DNA of 64,000 nucleotides from Promethearchaeota archaeon Loki_b32 (GCA_005223125.1 NJBH01000012.1:1-64000), one strand, 5' to 3'. Shown: positions 30,101 to 39,030, counted from the stretch's first letter. The notes: generated by a model not told the origin, from the sequence alone. Program-made: numbers and translations.

Positions 30101-31084
30101 ATTAAATTTGTATTGGTTGGTTCCAACTTCTTGTATTCCTTCATCTAGGCCTTCATATTGAATAGATATACTAGTATAATGCGTGTCATTTTTAAGTGTG
30201 AATGAGCCAAAAATATCAGTAAATTGTTCAAATTCATCTTCTGAAATCGTAACGTTGATCAAGTCACCATAGTTTTCAGTTAGAGCATCGAATTGATCAA
30301 TAATGTTTTCCATTTCTAAATTTTCAATAAAAGATAAATCAATAGAATCTATATTAAAATTTACCTGATCCATAGATAAATCATAATCTCCCTCAAAAAA
30401 GTCTAAAGAATTTAGAAGCATAAAAGTAGAAGAAATATGATAATCCTCCAAATACATTTGGCTTGTTAAACGATTTAGGTCCATTGCCTTCCAATATCCG
30501 TCCATAGGAAAGTTGGTTGTAAGCTCTTGAAAAAAGCAATCCCAATTTGGGGGATGGCCAACAAAGGGGAAAAGATTTGGTTCTGATACATTTACCATTA
30601 TAAGGTCAATCGAAAATTTTTGTCTGATTATCTCCAGTGCTCTTTCAGCTCTCGATTTAGCATCTTCTGTATCTAAATCCTTATCATAATAAAGAAATCC
30701 CACAAAATTATTAAATCCCATTATATATTGAGATGGGATCTCACTTTCAGTCAATATTGTTGGAAAAATTTCTGGATTGACTCCATTTGAAGCACTTATA
30801 ATTATATTACATTTAGAAAAAGCTGGATCATTTGAGTCAAATTGGGACAGAATATTAGTATCATTTGTAAAAAGCGATTGTTTTATTATGGATTTATTTC
30901 CTACTACAAAAGCCTTAATACTTTCGGCATATAGATCTGATCCAGCAATATCTGAAGATTTCAAATCTTTTTTTTCTGTTTCTATTAAATTATCTTCTTT
31001 ATTTTGAAATAAAACATGATCTAAGGGAAGTAGAAAAATCATTGAGAAAAGTATGAATATAATAATTAGTTTGTTTTTCTTCAA
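27128..31084 (-). CDS. Large secreted, membrane-anchored surface glycoprotein with DUF11/BatD/COG1361-like Ig repeats
   Basis: Signal peptide, repeated NxG motifs (ENVG, KNIG, KNIG, ENTG), many N-x-S/T sequons, C-terminal TM followed by KKYKKKK. Confidence 0.75.
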   Translation of the reverse strand: MKKNKLIIIFILFSMIFLLPLDHVLFQNKEDNLIETEKKDLKSSDIAGSDLYAESIKAFVVGNKSIIKQSLFTNDTNILSQFDSNDPAFSKCNIIISASNGVNPEIFPTILTESEIPSQYIMGFNNFVGFLYYDKDLDTEDAKSRAERALEIIRQKFSIDLIMVNVSEPNLFPFVGHPPNWDCFFQELTTNFPMDGYWKAMDLNRLTSQMYLEDYHISSTFMLLNSLDFFEGDYDLSMDQVNFNIDSIDLSFIENLEMENIIDQFDALTENYGDLINVTISEDEFEQFTDIFGSFTLKNDTHYTSISIQYEGLDEGIQEVGTNQYKFNLWKALGYEGEPLAPSEKIYIALVGAFMSEIEINILCTDIIDAIPINFEFYDYLLEQIALIFYLAGTEFDVQELEDYSFELFWVNDGGIKHSYVKPVNLNNPSDIVNMLQYLGFQGFSSIPTGIVNPFNELSVTYNVSDTEPNLYIKKELIEGNASYGAFRDFSYYISAENVGEITAWGIPTPIPIELNDYFLLLTLGNQDIADEFQNTLWEVVRIEYPNQYESLEDFFNFDEDPRIFYFDSFGTGIYDTFFPNILNLTNLSPYNEDIDNVIDKMVTGYPQLISALAILGLTPGELTDIFSNKYSIYNDDNWKLEPGEMLSYQINNYSIANLDSFSPFYLNNFTIESAPKTPEIIYGTQLVGTSPEMALSTDNESWIIGSIEQFLEQRIELEFIFKNNTNIDFTNNTLERASIIINITSPDNLDSLDFEIFDFDAEEFRDMSPYLDSIINNTWTFSFVNNNESLNWLFYPLDNNNYTVLFKIICIDSEQFNISINDLDIEFSTRDINFNDDSGSRVLYASSTSYVQFEKRSNSIPLSTFNAASIVAYSYLAKNYSNPGELNTYTINFKNIGSNIAENLSISLLIPGIMDKFRNFTLQNSNLSYYIEKLVPFEEKTLNFTFYVPNSISISKTSIVYYNPEKIQGGNSSKIVSFTNEVYVSAPVDYEDRSPFTRTIEIYYNNSNSNPINEAPGIGDIFNLTVNLKNIGPIGFQIPDISVIMNDQFGDLRRFDDELLYFENITYNERIAFNITLQKIGWKGYFYPSINFIKSSESRTIQISDSSFKILGEINFSIVKSVNKDQIEIGDVVIVNIEVENTGTIAINNFRVNDMISYSQSDFSLLTGKLVNLIISLEPNEKISINYTLKSKRQALVSLKPASIKFYYLLENKESSNIVSIKVITPKTRQLYYICLPILIVFVISTVYIWQTKKYKKKKSEFERSETEIFHLSSRETIFKIDHTLRERLSIISRKDIEHNFDINKDKSTIKFENTTE

Positions 31085-31099
31085 GGTTTTTTGATCCTC

Positions 31100-34000
31100 C
31101 TAAAATGTTTCCCTATAAATTTCAACAATTTTCTTTTTTCTGGCTTTTCGTAACAGCAGCTTCATTCCAAGATATATCATGGTTATGGAGAGGAAATAAA
31201 TTAATCCAATATTAAACCATGGTACATATAGTATCTCAACTGAGCCTGATAATACACTTAAATTTGAGGTTACCAACCATGCTGTAAACCAACCTACAAG
31301 AATCCCTATAGTTCCACTACTAATCATTATGATTAAGGATTCAATTATAAATAAACGATTTATATCTTTACCTTTTAATCCTAATGTTCTAACTATTCCA
31401 ATCTCTTTCTTTCTTTCGATAATAGTTGAATAAGATGATGAAAGTAAGCCAAAAATACATATAAATACTGTTGTTAGAGAAATAAGTGTAAATAGAGTAT
31501 CTAATACAAAAAATGCAGACTCTTGCTGTGCAACCATCCGTGCTAAATTAAATATATCATAATTATAATCCGATTGATATAAATCATCAATCATTTCCTC
31601 AATATAATAAGCTTCTGATAATTTATCTTCTCGAAGTTTAATAAAAACTCTGTCTAAATAAGCGACTGGAGGAATATCCATAATTTCAATATATGTCTCT
31701 TGGGAGATTAAAACTCCACCTCTTTGTGCACTCATTGGTGATGATCCAAACTCCATTGAGAATCCAGGCATGCTTTTAGCGGTTCCAACAATTTTAAAAG
31801 GATATACTTCCAACTCATCTCCTCGGTGAATAACGATCCTAACATTATCACCAACCAGTAAGGACATTGCTATTGAAATCGCTTCAGAGATAATGCATGT
31901 ATACAATAGATTATCATAGAATAGACTATTAAAGGCATTATTTATATTACCAGAAGTCATTTCTATAAATTCATTTCTCACGGTAAAAGTATATTCTTCA
32001 TCAATTCCAATTAGGGTTATTTCTTGTGTGGTTAAACCAGCATAATCACCAATTTCAGCAATAAATTCCTTATTTTCTTCCGCATAGATTTGAGTTAATT
32101 GGTAAGGCTGTGCCAATACAGATGATACTTTCTCAACGCCATCAATTGCTAATAATTCTACTTCAAATTCAGTAGTCAAGATTCTATTGGGATTTATAGA
32201 ACTATCTAAGGTTTTTAAGGTCTGTAATTCTAAAAGTTCATTGGCAGAAATCCCATCACTGGCCATCAAACCAATTCCCCCTCCCCCTCCAAATCCTCCT
32301 TGGAAAATGTCCTCTTGTTCTTCCCAACCAGTAGTCTTTATAACTAGATCTGATCCAAAGCTTAATTGTGTCATAGCAGTTTCTTGTGCTGATAAAGTGT
32401 TAATAAGAGTAGAAGTAAAAATAACAAATGAAAAAGATAATGCAAAAATCATGACTGTACTCGAATTCCTTCTTTGGTATCGAAATATAAAAATTTTGAT
32501 AACATTGTGGAGACGTCTAGTTATTGGGCGAAATAAATGAATTACTAACCTCAAAACTACGGGAACTAATCCTAGTCCCGCAAGAGTTAATCCAATATTA
32601 AATATTAGTAAAATCGCTATCAATACTCCTGCGAATAAACTCATGTCACTTGAAACCATAATTCTTGGAATAACATAAAATACAAATCCTCCATTAAATG
32701 CCAGAATTACACCTACTAAAATTAATTTATAATTAACTGAAGCTTTCTTTTGTAAGCGATATAATGTATCTTCGTGGCGATATGGATGAATAGATTCGAT
32801 TAATTGAAGTTTCATGACTTTCAAAGCAGGAGCGATACTAACTATCATTCCTACACTAAGTCCCATAACATATGATATTATAATAGACCACCAAGTAAAG
32901 GAGAAAGGTATTTGACTAAATCCTAACGCACTCTGGGAAACTACGGTATTAGCAAAAGGTATTATAACAAATCGAGAAAGAATAAATGCTGTTATAATTC
33001 CTGAAATGGCACCAAAATTACACAATAAAAAACCTTGCATCAAGACTATTGATAAACTATATTTTTTATTTGCCCCTAAAGTTCTAAATATCCCAAATTC
33101 TCTGATTCTTTCCTCTATAGAAGTTTTTAAAATACCATTAATTAGAACCCCCGAAATGAGCATTGCTACAATCGAAACGAAAACAAAAATAATTACTATA
33201 AATACGCTTAAAAGCTCGGACCATCCTAAAATTCTTAATTTGGGTAAATCAATATTATATTCATTTATACCTATCGCTATTTGAATATCTGTTACTAGGT
33301 TCTTCACAAGGGTTTTAGAACCTTCAAGATCTCTAATATCATATAAACTATTACTTTGTTTGAAAGTAAGTATTAAATCACTGCATTTCCCGTTAAATTC
33401 ACTAAAACCAAAATATTGATAAAGCGTGTTAATATCCACTATAATTAAATTATCATTACGGTACTCTACTGGCCATTTTAAATTGTAATCAAAAATTTTA
33501 TCAATTGTTAAATTTACGGTACGAGAGAGGTTTATATTTCCATGAGTTAATTGCATGTTTATTTCAATTATATCATTTTCAGAATATTTAATAATATCAT
33601 TAAATCCATGATATATTGCACAGTGATTTAAAGGTAATTCATTTAGATCAAGTAAGTCATTATACACTGGATCAATAAAGCGCCCAAAATTAATACTATT
33701 TTCCAAAGAAAAATTAATTGCTGAGATCTTGCACCAAATCTTTTCATTTGTTAGATCAGTAGTATGAAAACCTTCAGAAATATTCACATCTCCATAAATC
33801 TCCATTCTTGGTATATAATGTTCAATTGCATTAGTTGTTTCTTGTATTGTTTGAATAACTGGATCATAATTGAAATATGAGGATCTATTATCAGGTTCTC
33901 CATTATAATGTCTTATTGAGATAACAGCGTCTTGATTTCCTGAATCTATAGATAAATAATTAATGTAACCTACAGATATAGAATCTGATAATAATAATAC

Positions 34001-34114
34001 AACTGTAAGAAGGCCTATAGAAATAAGCATTCCAATTATAGCTAATAATGTCCGTATTTTTTGCTTTTTTAAGTCTAAAAAAGCATATTTGAAAATAAGT
34101 TTAAGATTAGTCAT
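31100..34114 (-). CDS. FtsX/MacB-family ABC permease (paralog of 19319-22294)
   Basis: ERIREFGIFRTLG and ERKKEIGIVRTLG motifs. Confidence 0.92.
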   Translation of the reverse strand: MTNLKLIFKYAFLDLKKQKIRTLLAIIGMLISIGLLTVVLLLSDSISVGYINYLSIDSGNQDAVISIRHYNGEPDNRSSYFNYDPVIQTIQETTNAIEHYIPRMEIYGDVNISEGFHTTDLTNEKIWCKISAINFSLENSINFGRFIDPVYNDLLDLNELPLNHCAIYHGFNDIIKYSENDIIEINMQLTHGNINLSRTVNLTIDKIFDYNLKWPVEYRNDNLIIVDINTLYQYFGFSEFNGKCSDLILTFKQSNSLYDIRDLEGSKTLVKNLVTDIQIAIGINEYNIDLPKLRILGWSELLSVFIVIIFVFVSIVAMLISGVLINGILKTSIEERIREFGIFRTLGANKKYSLSIVLMQGFLLCNFGAISGIITAFILSRFVIIPFANTVVSQSALGFSQIPFSFTWWSIIISYVMGLSVGMIVSIAPALKVMKLQLIESIHPYRHEDTLYRLQKKASVNYKLILVGVILAFNGGFVFYVIPRIMVSSDMSLFAGVLIAILLIFNIGLTLAGLGLVPVVLRLVIHLFRPITRRLHNVIKIFIFRYQRRNSSTVMIFALSFSFVIFTSTLINTLSAQETAMTQLSFGSDLVIKTTGWEEQEDIFQGGFGGGGGIGLMASDGISANELLELQTLKTLDSSINPNRILTTEFEVELLAIDGVEKVSSVLAQPYQLTQIYAEENKEFIAEIGDYAGLTTQEITLIGIDEEYTFTVRNEFIEMTSGNINNAFNSLFYDNLLYTCIISEAISIAMSLLVGDNVRIVIHRGDELEVYPFKIVGTAKSMPGFSMEFGSSPMSAQRGGVLISQETYIEIMDIPPVAYLDRVFIKLREDKLSEAYYIEEMIDDLYQSDYNYDIFNLARMVAQQESAFFVLDTLFTLISLTTVFICIFGLLSSSYSTIIERKKEIGIVRTLGLKGKDINRLFIIESLIIMISSGTIGILVGWFTAWLVTSNLSVLSGSVEILYVPWFNIGLIYFLSITMIYLGMKLLLRKARKKKIVEIYRETF

Positions 34115-34123
34115 ATGGCTAAA

Positions 34124-35302
34124 TTAGTTTAAAATTAATATTTCTCCTTCAATCCTCCCAAAAAAATTGTTTTCTTCAATTAACTCCTGCAATATATCAT
34201 TAAAATGTTCTGGTAAATTCATAACAATAGAATTTGGAATACTATTTTTAATTTCACTTACCGGAATTTCTACTCTCCCTTGATTTGCAAATAAATATTG
34301 AAAAATTTTACACTTACATTTCTCTTTATTTATTTCAGTTTCTTGTCTTCTTTTCAGTTGCATTATTTCAGTTTCCTTTAAACCTCCAATTTTACCTTCA
34401 TGAGTTAGTTTTCCGTCTCTCATATGAAAAACCCTAGTAGCAAATTCTGATACAGCAGCATCGTGGCTTACCGCAATGAATGTTGCTCCTCTTTTATTTA
34501 AATCTCTGAGAAGGTTTAAAACCATAACTCCTGTTTTTGAATCTAAATCACCCGTAGGTTCATCTAATACACAAATCGCAGGATCATTTGCAAAAGCTCT
34601 GGCTATAGCAACTCTTTGCTGTTCACCTCCACTCAATTCTGAAGGTGTATGATGGGCTCTTTCATCTAGTCCTACTAATCTTAGAAGGTCCAGCGCTTTT
34701 TTTCTTTTACCCCGACGACTTAACTTCCCTGAAAAGTGTAAAGGGACCATTACATTTTCCATGGCTGTCATTTGAGGGAGTAAATTATAAAATTGAAACA
34801 CAAATCCTATTCTTTCTCTCCTAATCTCAGCTAAGGAATTATCGGATAACATACTAATATTTCTGCCTTCCAGAAATATTTTTCCCCTTGTAGGCGCGTC
34901 AAGTCCTCCAATTAAATTGAGGAGAGTAGTTTTTCCCGAACCTGAAGGACCCATTATATCGATGAAATCTCCCGTATCTATGGTTAAATCAACACCACGT
35001 AGCGCTGCCACAGCTGTGGTTCCTAATAAATAAGTCTTATGCAGATTTTCAACAACTATTAAATGATCATAGTCTTTATCAGCAACTTTATCTTCCCTAA
35101 TTTCTCTTTTCATCTTTTTCTTTTCAATCTTCGACTGAGTAAGCAATTCTACTTTTTGTTGCTTTATATCTTCTTGTTTTTTCTTTTTTTTCCATTTTTT
35201 AAAGTTCTTTGAAACTTCGCCTTTCCAAATTGCTAAATTACCCGTTTCTTGTTCATATTGCTCCATAAGAGGAGTCTTTTTAATTAGTGTTGATTTGGGC
35301 AT
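34124..35302 (-). CDS. LolD/MacB-type ABC ATPase with N- and C-terminal extensions
   Basis: GPSGSGKT, GFVFQFYNL, LSGGEQQRVAIARA, DEPTGDLD, SHD. Confidence 0.95.
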   Translation of the reverse strand: MPKSTLIKKTPLMEQYEQETGNLAIWKGEVSKNFKKWKKKKKQEDIKQQKVELLTQSKIEKKKMKREIREDKVADKDYDHLIVVENLHKTYLLGTTAVAALRGVDLTIDTGDFIDIMGPSGSGKTTLLNLIGGLDAPTRGKIFLEGRNISMLSDNSLAEIRRERIGFVFQFYNLLPQMTAMENVMVPLHFSGKLSRRGKRKKALDLLRLVGLDERAHHTPSELSGGEQQRVAIARAFANDPAICVLDEPTGDLDSKTGVMVLNLLRDLNKRGATFIAVSHDAAVSEFATRVFHMRDGKLTHEGKIGGLKETEIMQLKRRQETEINKEKCKCKIFQYLFANQGRVEIPVSEIKNSIPNSIVMNLPEHFNDILQELIEENNFFGRIEGEILILN

Positions 35303-35548
35303 TTTAAGTTCTCTTTACTTTAATTTATGCTTTTTACAGAAAAATCTTCTTTTTCGTATTAATATAATTTTTCACTTTATTAATATCACAATGCTAAAAT
35401 AAACTTTTTCAGAATACTAAACTTGTACAGATATGAAAAGTGTGAAAATCTTTTAAAAATTGAGGTTCTAATTAAATAGAACATTTAAAATCCTTTATGG
35501 AATCAAAAAATCCAACATTGTTTTACAACGGTGTAATAATAAAAAGAG

Positions 35549-36280
35549 TTATTTATTTTTAGTTTTTAGATATTCTAAGATTTTAGCATAGATATCTTTT
35601 TCAGCATCTTTTTTGTTTCTAAATTCGTCCGATTTTAATTTTTTTGTTATTTCTATTAATTCTATTTGTTTAGTTTTTTCTAAGATCCTTGGATTCTTCG
35701 CTATCCAGATCAAGTCGTGATCTTCCCCGCTTTTTTGATATTCAAGTTCGATAACAATAGAAGTCTTAAATTTTACCTGTAAAAATTCTAATAATTCATT
35801 TTTACTAGAAATTATCGGATTTTGAGCCTTAATATTCAAATCTGTGATAAAGGGATTTATAATTGTTTGTTCAACTATATTTAAATTATGTTCAGAATCA
35901 AGAAATATTGCACCACATATAGCCTCAAATACATCAGCTAAAATCCTCGTCCCTATAATAGGTTGGTTTTCAGTTTTAAATATAAATTCATGCAAATTCA
36001 TTGAATCTGCTACTCTTTTTAAATTTTTATCGCTTTCTAAAGCTGCTTTTATTTTAGTTATTTCACTTGGAGTATTTATACCCTCTTGATATAATTTTAA
36101 AATAAAAATAATTTTGATTACTGAGTCTCCTAGTGTTTCCAGAAATTCATAACTAGGTTTGCCTATGATATTCGCCATTTGTGGAGTAGTTAAAGCTTGC
36201 TCTAAAAGTTCTTCGTTTTTAAACTTATAATCTAAAAACTCTTGAAATTTGCGTAATTTATATTTCTCGATCGTAAACAT
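35549..36280 (-). CDS. rnc: Ribonuclease III family protein with dsRBD-like C-terminus
   Basis: EFLETLGDS and ADVFEAICGAIFLD catalytic motifs; K.ELLE.LQ...G.DH...KKDAE tail. Confidence 0.85.
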   Translation of the reverse strand: MFTIEKYKLRKFQEFLDYKFKNEELLEQALTTPQMANIIGKPSYEFLETLGDSVIKIIFILKLYQEGINTPSEITKIKAALESDKNLKRVADSMNLHEFIFKTENQPIIGTRILADVFEAICGAIFLDSEHNLNIVEQTIINPFITDLNIKAQNPIISSKNELLEFLQVKFKTSIVIELEYQKSGEDHDLIWIAKNPRILEKTKQIELIEITKKLKSDEFRNKKDAEKDIYAKILEYLKTKNK

Positions 36281-36340
36281 AATTTAATTAACTATTATTT
36301 TCAGTTAAATTTAAAAATTTAGACGAAACTTTAATATAAT

Positions 36341-36772
36341 ATGGAAAGAGGAAATAAGGAAAAAATTATAGAAATGATTAAAGCAATTGAAAATAAGAAT
36401 TCAGAAATGGAAGAGTACATCTCAAATTTATCTATATTATCAAGAAATGATATGTTAAAAAAAATTACTCAGGATATTATTAATAATAATTCACTATTAC
36501 AAGAACTTTTAGGAACCGAAATGTATATTATCTCAAGTGAAGAAACTGAGAAGAACTCTTCAAGTTATATAATTGAAGGGTATATTAATAAAATCCAAAA
36601 AGATCCTTACAAGAAAATTATTTTTCTAAGAGAGTTCCTTGGATTATTCCAAGAACGAATATCCGAAATGGATAAAGAGGTAATACTGAAATCCTTGAAA
36701 GATGAAAAAAATGAAGAAAAATTAAGAGAGGAAATGATATCCTTAGCGAATACATTCAACCTTAACTCATAA
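36341..36772 (+). CDS. Hypothetical helical protein
   Basis: 143-aa ORF with ATG; no motif recognised. Confidence 0.6.
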   Translation: MERGNKEKIIEMIKAIENKNSEMEEYISNLSILSRNDMLKKITQDIINNNSLLQELLGTEMYIISSEETEKNSSSYIIEGYINKIQKDPYKKIIFLREFLGLFQERISEMDKEVILKSLKDEKNEEKLREEMISLANTFNLNS

Positions 36773-37159
36773 ATCAAATAATTGAAGCAATACTAATATG
36801 TGTTTTATTCCCCTAATTTTTATTTTTCCTGTTAAAATCTTTCTGACAACCTTACCTGTCGAAACATTGTCCCCACCAAGAAGTTCTAGGAATGAAGCTG
36901 TTGTAGTTTGTAATAAACCGTCCCAACCAGCATTTTTCTTTTTTATGCCTTCTTTTGGATTATTTTTAATGCCTTCTACATATATTTTGCCTTTATCTAT
37001 TATCAACAATGCCGCCCATTTTCCATCCTTTGCATTTAAAAGAACCTTCACTTCAGTATCTTTAAATTTTTGTTTGAATTTTTCCATTTCATTTAAGGGC
37101 TCAACTTGTTTGGCTACAATTCCAGCAAATCCACGCAGTTTTTTTTCCTCTTCTGTCAT
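36767..37159 (-). CDS. SCP2 sterol/lipid-binding domain protein
   Basis: FLELLGG...ILTGKIKIRG C-terminal SCP2 pattern. Confidence 0.7.
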   Translation of the reverse strand: MTEEEKKLRGFAGIVAKQVEPLNEMEKFKQKFKDTEVKVLLNAKDGKWAALLIIDKGKIYVEGIKNNPKEGIKKKNAGWDGLLQTTTASFLELLGGDNVSTGKVVRKILTGKIKIRGIKHILVLLQLFDL

Positions 37160-37326
37160 ATGAATCAAAATTTAGTAATGTTATATGTTGAAATTTTTTT
37201 TCTAATTATAATTTAATTACTTCTTAAATAATTTAAAGGTTTAAACAATGATATTAGGAATTTTTTATTTTAGCTAAACTAAGGAAGAATAAGTGATTTA
37301 ACCCTAACATTCACAAGAAGGCAATA

Positions 37327-37581
37327 TTAATACGCGTCTCCGTCGACTATATCGAATAGATCTTCATAAGCTTTACGGTCATCTCCAGAAATTCTGTCTC
37401 CCCTTAAACTCTCCTTTACTACAATTGGAGCACTTTCTTTTTCATCATGTTTAATTGATTTTTTTATTGTATAATCTTCTGTTTTTGAAGTATCTAAATC
37501 GAATTCTTCTTCACATGCCTTACAGTGTAGTTTTCCGTTTTTTGGGACTAGCATATTTCCGCAATTGTCGCAAAATTTCAT
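37327..37581 (-). CDS. RpoM/TFS (RPA12/RPB9/RPC11-family) protein, N-terminal zinc ribbon only
   Basis: MKFCDNCGNMLVP...CKAC; no C-terminal ribbon or ADE motif. Confidence 0.8.
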   Translation of the reverse strand: MKFCDNCGNMLVPKNGKLHCKACEEEFDLDTSKTEDYTIKKSIKHDEKESAPIVVKESLRGDRISGDDRKAYEDLFDIVDGDAY

Positions 37582-37956
37582 AATTTTTAAGATCACCTGT
37601 GATATCTTTTAACTCAAATATTTAAACTTATCGGTTTATTAGGTCATTTCCTATGTTTTTTTACTTTATCAGAAGTATAAAAAAAATTATAGCTTTATAA
37701 ATTTAACTTTTTCTTTGTATTATGTGTTGCCATTTCACACATATAAATCTGATGTTTTAACGTCAATAAAATTTTAACAGAGTAGATGATCCTATCGATC
37801 AAATAAACCCATAGAATTTGTGATCAAATGTTTATTTGAACAAAAGGTAGTGCTAAATCTGGAAAATAAAAAAATTCAAAAAAAGATAATTAATTATTTA
37901 ATTCTTAGTCTTATCAATAAAATTTAATTAGGGAATATTAAAAATCATAGAATAAA

Positions 37957-38688
37957 ATGAATAGCAAAGAGAAAGTTTTAATATTTGCTCATAGAGGAGT
38001 CAGCAATTTAGCACCTGAGAATACTTTAAAAGCATTTAAAAAAGCAATTGAATTAAAAGCTGACTATATTGAATTTGACGTTCATCGATCTAAAGATGGG
38101 GAAATTGTAATTATGCACGATGCTAATACATTCAGAATGACTGGTCATTTTAGATTAATAAAAGAAATGACCCTTGAAGAGTTAAAACAACTCGATTGCG
38201 GAGATGGTGAAAAAATACCAACCTTGCGAGAACTAGTTAGATTAGCAAAGGGTAAGATTTGCTTGAATTGTGAGGTAAAAGTTAGAGGTATTGCTGAACA
38301 AATTGTAAAGATTTTCAATGAAGAAGATAGTTTTGAAACAACGATAATTAGTTCATTTAAACACGATGTTCTATTGAAAATTCAGAAATTAGAACCACGA
38401 ATTAAATTGGCATCTTTAGAACCCACTCGAACTGGATGGATAAAAAGTTGGTTATCAAGGAAAAAATTAATTAGGCTAGCAATTAATAATAAGTTTTATG
38501 CTATTAATCCTTTCTTTAAACTTGTAAACAAAAATTTTATAGATAAAGCTCATAATAATAACCTCAAAATTTTTCCTTGGACTGTGAATTCTTATTCTGC
38601 CATAAAGAAACTGATTAATAATGGCGCTGATGGAATTATTACCAATGAAGTCAAAAAAGTTAGAGAGTTATTGAATCGAATAAATTAA
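37957..38688 (+). CDS. Glycerophosphodiester phosphodiesterase
   Basis: AHRG, PENT, EFDV, HD, IPTL, WTVN, DGIITN. Confidence 0.94.
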   Translation: MNSKEKVLIFAHRGVSNLAPENTLKAFKKAIELKADYIEFDVHRSKDGEIVIMHDANTFRMTGHFRLIKEMTLEELKQLDCGDGEKIPTLRELVRLAKGKICLNCEVKVRGIAEQIVKIFNEEDSFETTIISSFKHDVLLKIQKLEPRIKLASLEPTRTGWIKSWLSRKKLIRLAINNKFYAINPFFKLVNKNFIDKAHNNNLKIFPWTVNSYSAIKKLINNGADGIITNEVKKVRELLNRIN

Positions 38689-38721
38689 ATCTCTCTTTAT
38701 AATAAAACAAATGAAATAATT

Positions 38722-39030
38722 ATGAATGAAAGTAAAAGTCAACCTTTAATTATTGGCCATAGAGGGGCTTATGATGAGGCTCCTGAAAACACATTAAAAG
38801 GATTTAAAAAAGCAATTGAATTAGGGGCTGATTATCTCGAATTTGATGTACACCAATCTAAAGATGGAGCACTTGTAGTAATTCATGACATTGATATCCT
38901 CAGAAGAATGGGGATTGATAACTCTATAGTGCAATTGACATTAAGAGAATTACAAGAATTAGATCTTGGAGAAGGTGAAAGAGTTCCTGAATTATGGGAA
39001 GTTTTGGAACTCCCTTTTGATATTTTTTGA
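38722..39030 (+). pseudogene. Truncated second glycerophosphodiester phosphodiesterase
   Basis: GHRG, PENT, EFDV present; homology to the upstream paralog ends at VLEL (about aa 97). Confidence 0.82.
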
